From Niameybacter sp. (GTDB lineage: Bacteria; Bacillota; Clostridia; Lachnospirales; Cellulosilyticaceae): 64,000 bases of DNA. The stretch is from contig NZ_JAVVQU010000002.1 in assembly GCF_036655075.1 (NCBI RefSeq), positions 94 to 64,093 on the forward strand. Direction: 5' to 3'. The position numbers and the translations under genes are program-made. Shown here piece by piece: positions 25,848-35,888 of this stretch (position 1 is its first letter; the number at the start of each line of letters is the position of its first letter). Under the pieces are notes generated by a model, which saw only the letters and a list, made by a program, of their open reading frames with translations, did no database searches and was not told the origin of the DNA.

Positions 25848-27716
25848 TTAAAAGGTTACATGTACCCCTGTTTGGAACTTCTCGTCATCAATGACAACGG
25901 CTATGTTAAAGTCGCCTTTTACGCCTTCTTTCATCACGTTCATTTGTATTGTGCGTTTAAGCTCTGCTTGGAAGCTTGCAACACAGATGGCTGTGAAAGT
26001 TTTCTCAGTTGTTGGCACATAGTATTGGTAAGTTTTCTCTTCTCCTTCTAACAGAAGCATGACTAGTTGACCTTTTGCAAATTCTGCATTGAATACCAAA
26101 CGATCAATCTCTTCTGTAAAATGTGCTTTATAGCTTTCTGGTACAAGGTTTCCTTCATCTTTAAGGTCTGGGATTTCTGTTAAGCATTCCTCTGTTACCC
26201 CAAGTGTTCCAAGAATTTCACCTTTACCTAATTCAAGATTTGTACCTCCATGGTAAAGTGGCATTTTTTCTGCACGGTAGTAATTACATGGCACTTGCAT
26301 TTCAAACATGACTTGATCGTCTAAAATTTCTACAGTGATGGCGTTGCGTGTAATATTATCACTTTTTGATACTGCACTCTTCATAAGGTCTTCAGTTGGT
26401 TTCCCATCTTCCATAACAATCCCCCCTGAGTGTACAAGGTAATGTCCATCTGCATAGTACTCTACATTACAAATGTATGGAGAGAAGAATTCACCCCCAC
26501 GCTCTTTACCATATTGCCATACTTGCTCAATAGTCCTGTTTTTTGTGTCAATTTTATAACGAACACCTCTTGAGTAGTTCTCACTATTTTTGATGTAGGC
26601 TTCTTTACGTTTGGCACGGTATTGACCATTATCAAAGCACATGACATCGCCTTCTGGTGTAATGAGGCATGCATGTTGTTCATATTGCCATTCAAAGTTC
26701 TCCCCTACTGGTGTAAAGAAGTATTTGTCTACTAATTCTTCTGGCCACCCTTCTGGATTTCCAAGAATCCAGTTCAGCTCACAGGTATCATAGTCCACAT
26801 TGATGATTGCATCTTGATGTCTCCCTGAGAAGGAAAGGGAATTTGTCTTTTTGTCGTACCATACTGCATTGTTGTGGAACCAGTCATGTGCTGTCCAGCT
26901 TCCTGACTTACCTACTTCTTGTGAAAGCACACTTTGAATATCCCATTTTTTAATAATTTCTCCCGTATTACGATTTACAAGTACACAAAGGTCTTCAATA
27001 GTCCCTCTTGTGAAATCTTGTGTTAAGATCATAATATTCCCATCTTCCATTTCAAGTTGGTCATGGTGATACCCCCCTGGCAAACGGAATTCTTTGTACA
27101 TTTTCCCTGCCATATCCATTTCTACAACCCCTGTAGTTGTATAAGGTTTTTCTAAGAAGCGTTGAGATCCAATAAGGAAGTGTCCATTTTGAATACGTTT
27201 AATATCAAATACAAAAGTATCTGCAAGGTACCAACGGCATTCCCCTTGATAATCATACGCTGCACAGTATGCTTTGCCTGTTGGGCTTACAAACATTAAA
27301 TTGTCTTCCATATAGGCACTTGTTGTTTCTATTTTAGTAGGTTGCACTGCCATTGGATGTAGTGGGCTGGTTTCAATTTGGAAAGTATGTACTTCCCCTG
27401 TAGAAAGGCTTAATTCTACTGTATTATTGTATCCGCCATAAAGCCCAAGAACTGGCAAAATATGTGTTGTTGCTACTGGGTAAGTATGGCTGATGGTCCC
27501 TGCTGCTTCCTTCCCTTTTACAGCTACAGTTACAGCTACAGGTTCTTCTGTCTTAAATAGAACGACTGCGGCTAACGGAACTACATGATACGGATTTAAT
27601 TTCACATAAGGCTGGTCATATGTGTATTTACCTGTCTCAAGTTCGGTAAGCATTGCTTGCTCATTTTCAAATTGTACATCAATAAGGTGTTGGATTTTTT
27701 TCATTTCAACTGACAT
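25848..27716 (-). CDS. Arylsulfotransferase (ASST family), no signal peptide
   Basis: 622 aa. The N-terminal Arylsulfotran_N-like region (YTYDQPYVKLNPY..PLAAVVLF) and beta-propeller region (HHDQLEMEDGN, HDWFHNNAVWYD) fit the aryl-sulfate sulfotransferase family. Confidence 0.7.
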   Translation of the reverse strand: MSVEMKKIQHLIDVQFENEQAMLTELETGKYTYDQPYVKLNPYHVVPLAAVVLFKTEEPVAVTVAVKGKEAAGTISHTYPVATTHILPVLGLYGGYNNTVELSLSTGEVHTFQIETSPLHPMAVQPTKIETTSAYMEDNLMFVSPTGKAYCAAYDYQGECRWYLADTFVFDIKRIQNGHFLIGSQRFLEKPYTTTGVVEMDMAGKMYKEFRLPGGYHHDQLEMEDGNIMILTQDFTRGTIEDLCVLVNRNTGEIIKKWDIQSVLSQEVGKSGSWTAHDWFHNNAVWYDKKTNSLSFSGRHQDAIINVDYDTCELNWILGNPEGWPEELVDKYFFTPVGENFEWQYEQHACLITPEGDVMCFDNGQYRAKRKEAYIKNSENYSRGVRYKIDTKNRTIEQVWQYGKERGGEFFSPYICNVEYYADGHYLVHSGGIVMEDGKPTEDLMKSAVSKSDNITRNAITVEILDDQVMFEMQVPCNYYRAEKMPLYHGGTNLELGKGEILGTLGVTEECLTEIPDLKDEGNLVPESYKAHFTEEIDRLVFNAEFAKGQLVMLLLEGEEKTYQYYVPTTEKTFTAICVASFQAELKRTIQMNVMKEGVKGDFNIAVVIDDEKFQTGVHVTF

Positions 27717-27739
27717 TTTATTCTCTCCTTTATTCTCTG

Positions 27740-28230
27740 CTATTTAAATAATTTTTGTTTCACATTCATAGGCGGTAACTTTTCTTTTTCAAACATTTCC
27801 GTACGAACAGCTTTAAGTAATGTTACATCTGGACGATAAATGTATTTTAATACAAATACCAATCCAATAATTAAGGTCATTCCAAGTACAAGAGATACAC
27901 CAAGATAAGTCATCTGATTGATGGCTATGCCAGAAATAGCTTCAAAGTGGCATACTTATCACCTGGTTTATAGCCAATTTCTTTAAATAAACCATAGAGA
28001 ATCGGCCAGAATAAGAAGATCGCTGTATCTGTAGAAGTTAAAATATAAACACCTAAGAAAATTCCCAGTACCTTCATGCCCATCGGTGTAATAGGTTCAA
28101 TAGGTACTAAATAGCCCATTCCAAACATAAGAAGTAGTCCAATACTACAATGTACTAAATATTTCACATTGATTTTACTTGAGGTCTTGACTTCAACACC
28201 CTTCATTTCTATCACTGCTTCATTTGACAT
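27740..28230 (-). pseudogene. Truncated and frameshifted permease gene remnant upstream of the arylsulfotransferase
   Basis: MSNEAVIEMK..IGLLLMFGMGYLVP..MKVLGIFLGV ends at TAG 27925. A second frame continues as ISGIAINQMTYLGVSLVLGMTLIIGLVFVLKYIYRPD.. to TAG 27740. The total is far shorter than any multi-TM permease. Confidence 0.5.
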
Positions 28231-28469
28231 ATGATTCACTTCCTTTCTATTTGTTAAAAGAATATCATATCCAATTTTAAACACCACTAGTCTACGCTAA
28301 CATTTTAAAATTTTTCAACAAAAATATATTAAAATACCTATATTTATATTATAATTTGAATAATAGCTACGATGTACACTTAACCTCTTCTAGTACATTA
28401 TACTTTATCCAAACCTAGGCTACTTTTTGGATTGTTAATTTATTTACAACTTTTAACAGGAGGTATACG

Positions 28470-29147
28470 ATGAATCAACTAGACGATCAACATTTCAAAC
28501 TACTTTGCCAAGCTGGCACCCTTGAACATTTTCCTAAAGGTCATATTTTTTATGATGGCTATGAAAATCACGAATCCATTTACTGCCTCTTCGAGGGTCT
28601 ATGTGCCTTAATGAGTCTAAAGGATTCAGGCAAAGAACATATTTATCACTATATCAAGGCTGGTAGTATTATCGGTTTTATTCCTGCCTTCTTAGCATAC
28701 ACAAATACAGAAGATACCTCTTCAGAAGCTTACTTCTTAATTAAAGCTAAAAGTGACTGTCAAGTCTTTCGTCTAGATAAGACTCTCTTTTTTGAGCTCA
28801 TGCAAGCTCATCCCCAACTTTTAGAATTTGTTATGCTCTCTATGGCTAATATTTCACGTGACTTGCTCAAGCATTTTTATACTGCACAAGAAAGTAATGC
28901 TGCTTCAAAAATAGCCTTTACACTCCTGTCTTTAGCAGAGGCACATGAGGATTGTCGTATCCTACATAAAGAATTTAACTATCATGAGCTTTCAAAGTAT
29001 TTGGGTATTCATCATGTCACCGTTACCCGTATCATGGGGTGTTTAAAAGATGAGGGTATTATCGTAAAAGTAGGGCACTCTATAAAAATTATTAATCAAG
29101 AAGCTTTAATGGACTATGCTCAAAGCAAGAAACTTTTACAATACTAA
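28470..29147 (+). CDS. Crp/Fnr-family transcriptional regulator
   Basis: 225 aa. An N-terminal cNMP-binding-like beta-barrel and the C-terminal HTH ELSKYLGIHHVTVTRIMGCLKDEGII. Confidence 0.8.
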   Translation: MNQLDDQHFKLLCQAGTLEHFPKGHIFYDGYENHESIYCLFEGLCALMSLKDSGKEHIYHYIKAGSIIGFIPAFLAYTNTEDTSSEAYFLIKAKSDCQVFRLDKTLFFELMQAHPQLLEFVMLSMANISRDLLKHFYTAQESNAASKIAFTLLSLAEAHEDCRILHKEFNYHELSKYLGIHHVTVTRIMGCLKDEGIIVKVGHSIKIINQEALMDYAQSKKLLQY

Positions 29148-29193
29148 GACGTAAATCACATATTTTCTCATACTACTTATTATTCAAAGACAT

Positions 29194-29241
29194 AAAAAGC
29201 GATAAGACTAACTATTTTCTTAGTCTTATCGCTTTTTTTTA
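29194..29241. terminator. Bidirectional terminator
   Basis: Stem AGCGATAAGACTA/TAGTCTTATCGCT flanked by A5 and T8. Confidence 0.75.
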
Positions 29242-29270
29242 TACCGCTTGATCTATTTATTCTATTTTTA

Positions 29271-29765
29271 CTATTTAATACTTTGTATAATGTCAATCAT
29301 ATCTGTAGGACTTAATCCCATAGTACTGGTAAGTGAGTAGCTGTAAGTACCATCTGACCAAGTTGCAACATAGATAGCCTCTAATGTTCCTTTTAAAAGT
29401 ACATCACCTTCTTGTTCCTCTAAGCTTGCTTCGAGTTTAATAGGATACACATTATAGTCTCCACTTATATCCTCTTCCCCTTCACCCATCCGATAGGTTA
29501 AGGTATCAGCTTCGCTTGTATAGATGATTTCTGCGATTTTGCCCTCAATAACTGCCAATCTCTGACGTTCATAGCCTTCTATTCGTGTTGGAATCTTCAG
29601 TCCAAAGGGTGCAACACTTTTAAGCTGGTCAAGTGTTTGGACTTTTTTAATAGAGTTGGGCATACTTGTTCTACGCTCACCAACGTCCTCTCTCGATAGA
29701 CTTTTTTTTGTTAAAAAGAATCCACCAAGTAAAGCAGATACGAGTAAGGCTTTCCCATTTTCCAT
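29271..29765 (-). CDS. Hypothetical membrane-anchored or secreted protein
   Basis: 164 aa. An N-terminal hydrophobic segment ALLVSALLGGFFL, then a soluble domain (DISGDYNVY..WSDGTYSYSL). I do not recognise the family with certainty. Confidence 0.5.
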   Translation of the reverse strand: MENGKALLVSALLGGFFLTKKSLSREDVGERRTSMPNSIKKVQTLDQLKSVAPFGLKIPTRIEGYERQRLAVIEGKIAEIIYTSEADTLTYRMGEGEEDISGDYNVYPIKLEASLEEQEGDVLLKGTLEAIYVATWSDGTYSYSLTSTMGLSPTDMIDIIQSIK

Positions 29766-29871
29766 AGAGTCCCTCCATTTTCTTTTGTCACCATCATTTT
29801 ATTCCTGGCGCGTGTGTTAGGAGGCTTAGTTTTTTATTAAAATTTAAAGTCTGTATAAACTTTGTAACTTA

Positions 29872-31110
29872 TTACTCAAATAGCATGGTTTTACCTGTTA
29901 CACGAGACGCTTCTGCTGCAAAAGCTAATACGTGGCTTGCTACAGAAATTTGAATATCTGTGAGTTCTGTAGAGCGTTCACCTGTAGCAATGAGGCGGAC
30001 AAAGTCACGCATGAGTCCTGTATCACCCCCACCATGTCCATTAACCACTGCGGATGGGTAAATAATATCTGTTTGCCCCGTGATAAAGTCATGAATTTCA
30101 ATTTGTGGTTTGTTATCAAAAATGGCACGAAGCTCTCCTTGTGTTCCCATAATCTTAAGGGTACGTGTGAAGTCCTTTGTAAAGGCACACATGGTAAGAG
30201 ATACCGTTACACCATTTTCAAAGTTTAGTGTAACAATTTGGTGATCAACTACATCATTGTCTGAATGGAATACACAACGTCCATAATCATTTTCTTTTAA
30301 AGCTGCTAAGACTTTTTCTGAGTTATTAGGTTCCATGCAGAAAGCACTTGCGCCCCACTTCTTCTCTGTCACATAAACTGTCGGTGCATCATATGGACAC
30401 GTTGCACTATGAGGGCATCCATCTTGACAGCGCATTGTCGCCCCTTCTGGTGCATTTTTTGCTTTAAAGTAAGTTAACTCTCCAAATGAAGATACCTTTG
30501 TACAGCGACTTCCTATAAGCCATTGAATGATATCTAAATCATGGCAACATTTTGCTAAAATCATAGGTGTACTCGTCTTGCTGTTTCCCCAATTCCCGCG
30601 AACAAAACTATGAGAATAATGGATGTGATTAACATTTTCATTATGATTCATCGCTACAACTTGCCCAATACGCCCTCCATCTAAAAGCTTCTTAATCGTT
30701 TTAAATAACGTGGTATAGCGAAGCACATGGCATACAACGACATGTAAGTCTTTTTCAGTGGCTTTATCGGCAATAGCTACACATTCCTCTTCTGTCGGTG
30801 CGATAGGTTTTTCTAAAAGTAAGTGATACCCTTGTTCTAAAGCCATCATGGCAGGTTCAAAGTGCATTTGATCTTGCGTACAAATCATAGCTGCATCTGC
30901 AAACTTAGGTAACTCTAAAATTTGCTCCCAAGACTCAAAACAGTGTGCCTCATCAATTTGATATTTTTCTTTTAAGAACTCGCGACGTTCTTTGATGGGC
31001 TCTGCAACCCCTACAATTTTAAATTCATGAGGATGACTTACCGCGTAAGGCGCATAAGCAAATCCTCCTCTTAAGCCACCCCCGACAATAATAGCAGTTA
31101 CTTGTCTCAT
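29872..31110 (-). CDS. Gfo/Idh/MocA-family NAD(P)-dependent oxidoreductase
   Basis: N-terminal Rossmann motif IIVGGGLRGG, EKP motif LLEKPIA, 412 aa. Confidence 0.8.
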   Translation of the reverse strand: MRQVTAIIVGGGLRGGFAYAPYAVSHPHEFKIVGVAEPIKERREFLKEKYQIDEAHCFESWEQILELPKFADAAMICTQDQMHFEPAMMALEQGYHLLLEKPIAPTEEECVAIADKATEKDLHVVVCHVLRYTTLFKTIKKLLDGGRIGQVVAMNHNENVNHIHYSHSFVRGNWGNSKTSTPMILAKCCHDLDIIQWLIGSRCTKVSSFGELTYFKAKNAPEGATMRCQDGCPHSATCPYDAPTVYVTEKKWGASAFCMEPNNSEKVLAALKENDYGRCVFHSDNDVVDHQIVTLNFENGVTVSLTMCAFTKDFTRTLKIMGTQGELRAIFDNKPQIEIHDFITGQTDIIYPSAVVNGHGGGDTGLMRDFVRLIATGERSTELTDIQISVASHVLAFAAEASRVTGKTMLFE

Positions 31111-31306
31111 TAGTTTTCTCCTTAATAATAACGTTAGTTTAAATTTTTACTTAAATATATTTATAATTTAATCTTTTACATTAAAATACCATAAATAATA
31201 GTCTTTTACAAATATTTTTTCTCTTATTATAAATTTTTCTTTGCCTCTCCTCTTACATACCCTATTCCCTTTAGGACTATCCCCTCAGTCACAGCCTAGT
31301 GAACAA

Positions 31307-31335
31307 AAAAAAGAGATACCTAAGGTATCTCTTTT
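31307..31335. terminator. Terminator after the GNAT gene
   Basis: A8-AGAGATACC-TAA-GGTATCTCT-TTT. Confidence 0.7.
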
Positions 31336-31958
31336 CAACGTCTTATCATACAGTATTGCACCATATGCTCATAATTAATTTCTTCTACAGTTTCAAACTG
31401 AAAATGTCTATATAGATTAATATTATCCGCATTTTGTGTTTCTAATGTAAGTGGTAAGTTTCTATTCTTTGCCTCTTGAATGGCATAGTCTACAAGGATT
31501 TTTGCTTTACCCAGTCCACGGTATTCTCTTTGGACAGCTAATAAATCCAGATGGATATAGTCTCCTTCTACTTTTTGATGAATCCACTCCGAAGACATAT
31601 GTCGAACAGTCTTTAACATGCGACAAATATCATCTACTTTAACAAATCTCAAAAAATCTGTTAATTTACAAGTCGCATAAAATAGGTCTCTATAATAGAC
31701 TGACCTACTTGTAAAACGTTCTTCATAATAAATGTAGGCAATAGCCGTCATATCTTCTGAGGTTGTCACTAACTCTCCATATTTACCAAATATATCTAAA
31801 TACAATTTAAAAAAGACTTCTAAAGCCTCTAATCTTGTTTCATCATTTGGAAAGATATAAACATAAAGCGGATCATCATAAAATGCATCTGCAAATAAAT
31901 GTGCAATGCGTTTTCTAGTTAAGTTGTTTTGTTTAATCCTAATTAAAATAATATTCAC
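31335..31958 (-). CDS. GNAT-family N-acetyltransferase
   Basis: LLAVQREYRGLGKAKILVDYAI is acetyl-CoA binding motif A (Q/RxxGxG/A). Confidence 0.75.
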   Translation of the reverse strand: MNIILIRIKQNNLTRKRIAHLFADAFYDDPLYVYIFPNDETRLEALEVFFKLYLDIFGKYGELVTTSEDMTAIAYIYYEERFTSRSVYYRDLFYATCKLTDFLRFVKVDDICRMLKTVRHMSSEWIHQKVEGDYIHLDLLAVQREYRGLGKAKILVDYAIQEAKNRNLPLTLETQNADNINLYRHFQFETVEEINYEHMVQYCMIRR

Positions 31959-31961
31959 CTT

Positions 31962-32258
31962 CTAAAATAGATTCATAATATAGACTGCACTAACGGCCAC
32001 AATCGACACTTGAAGTAAACTTCCACCCAAAAAGGCAAGGCCTATGCTTATCCCTGCACCTACTATACCACTTAATAAGCTTCCTGTCGAACTAAAAATA
32101 GCTGGAAATGTCATGGCAGCTAATACGGTATAGGGCACATAGTATAAAAAGGATTGCAGAAATTTGGACTGTATTTTCTTTTTCATTAAGATAAGAGGGA
32201 TCGCTCTTGGTAAATAGGTTACAAGAGCCATGACCCCTATTGCCAATAATATGTACAT
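31962..32258 (-). CDS. azlD: Branched-chain amino acid exporter small subunit AzlD
   Basis: 98-aa hydrophobic protein whose start overlaps the stop of azlC, the canonical pair. Confidence 0.75.
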   Translation of the reverse strand: MYILLAIGVMALVTYLPRAIPLILMKKKIQSKFLQSFLYYVPYTVLAAMTFPAIFSSTGSLLSGIVGAGISIGLAFLGGSLLQVSIVAVSAVYIMNLF

Positions 32259-32965
32259 TATGTAAAATCCTCCTCTTTAATTGGAAATAACCATGCACTT
32301 GCACTACTACCTAGTAATGTAATAATAATAATTTTCCAACCCTCTGTTAAATTGCGTAAAAACGGTACAAAATGTAAACTGATACTGATTAAAATTGTAA
32401 ACAGCACCACAATTCGTACAGCCTTAACTTTTTTCATCCCAGGTATAATGAGGGCGATAAACATAGCATATAAGGCAATACCCATAGCCTGTTGGAGACT
32501 AAAGGGTAAAAGTGAAGAAGCATATGCACCACAAAAGGTTCCTAGAATCCATCCTATATACGGTCCTACAATAATCCCTAACATATGTAGAAAAGGAATC
32601 TCTTTCTTTTCCAATGAAGCAAGTGCAAAGGTCTCATCAGTAATTCCAAATGCTAAGATTAATTTTTTAACTAAGCTCATTGATTCAAGCTTTTGACTAA
32701 TAGCTAAGGACATGAGCATATAACGTATGTTAATCACAAAGGTTGTTACCGCAATCTCCAATAGTGGACCACCCACTAGCATCAGCTGGGTTCCTGCAAA
32801 TTGGCCTGCTGATGTAAAATTGGTTAAGGATATAAAGGCTGCTGTTAAAGGGCCTACTCCCCCTGAAGCTGCCATAATCCCAAAAGTAAAAGCGACAGGG
32901 AAATAACCTAGTGCAATAGGCATAGCCTTCCTAAGTCCTGAATTAAAAATCTCTTTCTTATCCAT
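32258..32965 (-). CDS. azlC: Branched-chain amino acid exporter AzlC
   Basis: 235 aa and multi-TM. GYFPVAFTFGIMA..TNFTSAGQF is AzlC-like. Confidence 0.8.
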   Translation of the reverse strand: MDKKEIFNSGLRKAMPIALGYFPVAFTFGIMAASGGVGPLTAAFISLTNFTSAGQFAGTQLMLVGGPLLEIAVTTFVINIRYMLMSLAISQKLESMSLVKKLILAFGITDETFALASLEKKEIPFLHMLGIIVGPYIGWILGTFCGAYASSLLPFSLQQAMGIALYAMFIALIIPGMKKVKAVRIVVLFTILISISLHFVPFLRNLTEGWKIIIITLLGSSASAWLFPIKEEDFT

Positions 32966-33157
32966 TTTTCATACTCCCCAACATAATCTCAGGTTCTTCT
33001 TCTGTAAACATTATGTATAAAATGAAAACTGCCTGTAGTCTATTATAGATAATAGGGCTGTCGTAAGTTCGCCTCATAAGACGTACTTTTTACAACAGCC
33101 CTATATTGTATAACTATCCTAACTTTATGCTATAACCCTAAAGTTTATGCACAAAAT

Positions 33158-35284
33158 TTATTCTGTAACAGTTTCTTCACGTTTTGCTTTTTCAAGTAAA
33201 ACTTTTCTTGAAAGGTTCACACGACCTTGTTTATCAATTTCCATAACTTTAACTTGGATCATATCCCCTACTGCTACCACATCTTCCACCTTCTCTACAC
33301 GTTCATGTGCAAGTTGGGAAATGTGTACTAAACCTTCTTTACCTGGTAACATTTCTACGAAAGCACCGAAGTTCATAAGTCTCACAACTTTAGCATTGTA
33401 TACTTCTCCCACTTCGATATCTTTAGCAATACCTTGAATAATTTCAATTGCACGTGCTGTTTTATCTGGATCTGTTCCACAGATGAACACACGTCCATCA
33501 TCTTCAATATCAATTTTAACACCTGTTTCATCAATGATTTTGTTAATCATTTTACCTTTTGGTCCAATAACCTCACTGATTTTTTCAGGATTAATTGTGA
33601 TTTGAATAATTTGTGGTGCATAGGGTGAAAGTTCTTCACGTGGTGCAACAATAGCTGGCGCCATAATTTCATCTAAGATGTAAAGACGTGCTTTTTTTGT
33701 TTGCTCGAAAGCTTGACGAATAATTTCTGGTGTTAACCCTTGGATTTTCATATCCATTTGGATTGCTGTAATCCCTTTATGTGTGCCACCCACTTTAAAG
33801 TCCATGTCGCCGAAGAAGTCTTCTAAGCCTTGGATATCAGTAAGCATAACGAAATCATCATCTGTATCTCCTGTTACAAGACCTACTGAAATCCCTGCAA
33901 CTGCTGATTTAAGTGGTACACCTGCTGCCATAAGAGAAAGTGAAGATGCACAAATACTTCCTTGTGAAGTTGATCCGTTTGAGCTTAATACTTCTGAAAC
34001 AGTACGGATTGCATATGGGAATTCATGCTCTGATGGTAATACTGGTAAAAGTGCACGTTCTGCAAGGGCACCATGTCCAATTTCACGACGGCCTGGTGCA
34101 CGTGGTGATCTTGCTTCCCCTACTGAATAAGGTGGGAAGTTGTAGTGGTGCATGTAACGTTTAGATACTTCTAATTCATCTAAACCATCTAAAGTTTGTG
34201 TATCTGCTAAAGGTCCTAATGTTGTAAGTGTTAATACTTGTGTTTGACCTCTTGTAAACATCCCTGAACCATGTACACGTGGTACTAAATCGATTTCAGC
34301 TGTAAGTGTACGGATTTCATCAAGTGCACGACCATCTGGACGTTTGTGCTGTTTTAAAATCATACGACGTACTGTTTTCTTTTCAAAGTTGTAGAAAGCT
34401 TCGCCTAAGTATGCAAGCGCTTCTTCTTTGCCTTGTGCAGTAAGTTTTTCAATCACTTCGTCTTTTAATACTTTAAGTTGTGCTTCACGTACTTGTTTGT
34501 CATCAGTGAAAACCGCAGTTTCCATACGTTCATCACCTATTACAGCGATAATTTCTTTTTGAATCTCTTCTGGTACTGTAGTTGTTGTATAACTTTCTTT
34601 CTTAGCTTTACCACAGTCTGCTTTTACTTCATTAATGAAAGTAACGATTTCTTGATTCACTGCGTGTGCTTTCATAATGGCTTCAAACATTACATGATCA
34701 GCTACTTCATTAGCACCAGCTTCAATCATCATCACTTTTTGACTTGTTGAAGAAACGGTTAAGGCTAAATCACTTACTTCTCTTTGTGCAGAAGTTGGGT
34801 TGATGATGAGTTCACCATCTACTAAGCCTACTTGTACAGACCCTACTGGACCTGCAAATGGAATATCTGAAATGTCTACTACAAGTGATGCAGCAATCAT
34901 TGCTGTAACTTCTGGGCTACAGTCTTGGTCTACAGACATAACTGTTGTTGTAAGTACAACATCATTGCGGTAGTCTTTTGGGAAAAGTGGACGCATAGGA
35001 CGGTCAATAACACGTGATGTAAGAATCGCACGCTCTGAAGGACGTCCCTCACGTTTAATATATCCACCTGGGATTCGCCCTACTGCATAGAATTTTTCTT
35101 CATAGTTTACACTAAGAGGGAAAAAGTCAATCCCCTCTTTTGGTTCTTCACTGGCTACAACAGTTGCAAGAATAGTTGTTTCACCATAACTTACTAAAGC
35201 ACTTCCATTAGCAAGGCCAGCCATTTTACCGATTTCCACTTTAAGTGGTCTACCTGCTAGTATAGTTGAATAATTTTTTATCAT
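33158..35284 (-). CDS. pnp: Polyribonucleotide nucleotidyltransferase (PNPase)
   Basis: Two RNase PH domains, a KH domain and an S1 domain (GEVYNAKVVRLMNFGAFVE). A GAAAGGGG RBS favours ATG 35284. Confidence 0.95.
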   Translation of the reverse strand: MIKNYSTILAGRPLKVEIGKMAGLANGSALVSYGETTILATVVASEEPKEGIDFFPLSVNYEEKFYAVGRIPGGYIKREGRPSERAILTSRVIDRPMRPLFPKDYRNDVVLTTTVMSVDQDCSPEVTAMIAASLVVDISDIPFAGPVGSVQVGLVDGELIINPTSAQREVSDLALTVSSTSQKVMMIEAGANEVADHVMFEAIMKAHAVNQEIVTFINEVKADCGKAKKESYTTTTVPEEIQKEIIAVIGDERMETAVFTDDKQVREAQLKVLKDEVIEKLTAQGKEEALAYLGEAFYNFEKKTVRRMILKQHKRPDGRALDEIRTLTAEIDLVPRVHGSGMFTRGQTQVLTLTTLGPLADTQTLDGLDELEVSKRYMHHYNFPPYSVGEARSPRAPGRREIGHGALAERALLPVLPSEHEFPYAIRTVSEVLSSNGSTSQGSICASSLSLMAAGVPLKSAVAGISVGLVTGDTDDDFVMLTDIQGLEDFFGDMDFKVGGTHKGITAIQMDMKIQGLTPEIIRQAFEQTKKARLYILDEIMAPAIVAPREELSPYAPQIIQITINPEKISEVIGPKGKMINKIIDETGVKIDIEDDGRVFICGTDPDKTARAIEIIQGIAKDIEVGEVYNAKVVRLMNFGAFVEMLPGKEGLVHISQLAHERVEKVEDVVAVGDMIQVKVMEIDKQGRVNLSRKVLLEKAKREETVTE

Positions 35285-35469
35285 AACAATACCCCTTTCG
35301 ATTGTTACGAGGCATTTCACATCGCTTGCGCAATCTTATAAATGCTTAGCTCTTATTTGCATAGATCCTTGCAGACTGTAAAACAGCTTATAGGCTTTCA
35401 TATATAGCATCCCCTAAGAACTTGTAACATTGCACAATAAGTATGTGTACGCCTCGTCTATATTACAAA

Positions 35470-35495
35470 AAGGGCGGAAACCTCCGCCCTGTCCT
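35470..35495 (-). terminator. Terminator or attenuator between rpsO and pnp
   Basis: On the minus strand, AGGGCGGAGG-TTT-CCGCCCT followed by TTTTT. Confidence 0.7.
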
Positions 35496-35505
35496 GTCAA
35501 AGTTA

Positions 35506-35769
35506 TTATTTTCTGATTCCTAATTCTTTGATGATTGCACGGTATCTTTCGATGTCGTTTCTTACTAAGTAATCTAAAAGACCTCTTCTTTTACCAATCA
35601 TTAAGAATAAACCACGACGTGAGTGGTGATCTTTTTTGTGTGTACGTAAGTGATCTGTTAAGTGATTGATTCTTTCTGTAAGAAGCGCGATTTGAACTTC
35701 TGGAGAACCAGTATCGTTAGCAGTTCTTGCGTGTTTTTGCATAATTTCTTGTTTTAATTCTTTAGTCAT
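35506..35769 (-). CDS. rpsO: 30S ribosomal protein S15
   Basis: 87 aa. [32 protein letters not shown]. Confidence 0.95.
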   Translation of the reverse strand: MTKELKQEIMQKHARTANDTGSPEVQIALLTERINHLTDHLRTHKKDHHSRRGLFLMIGKRRGLLDYLVRNDIERYRAIIKELGIRK

Positions 35770-35888
35770 TTTGACTTCCTCCTAAGATTGTAAGTGTTCC
35801 GTTTACTAAGATAAAGGTCGGAGTGTCCAAAATCTGAGTAACGGTCTAAATCCTTAATTAGTATAGCATACAGGCTGTACGTTGTAAA

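Noticed and set aside
33040-33110. Hairpin (TAGGGCTGT..ACAGCCCTA with a ~33-nt loop) downstream of pnp, considered as a terminator.
   Set aside because: The loop is too large and no U-tract follows on the minus strand. It may still be a processing or stability element, but I cannot support a call.
35770-35888. Possible S15 autoregulatory leader upstream of rpsO, and a structured leader upstream of rpsB (51728-51850).
   Set aside because: Only short imperfect pairings were visible (CCGTTACT/AGTAAACGG). This is not enough to assign an r-protein leader family without a covariance model.
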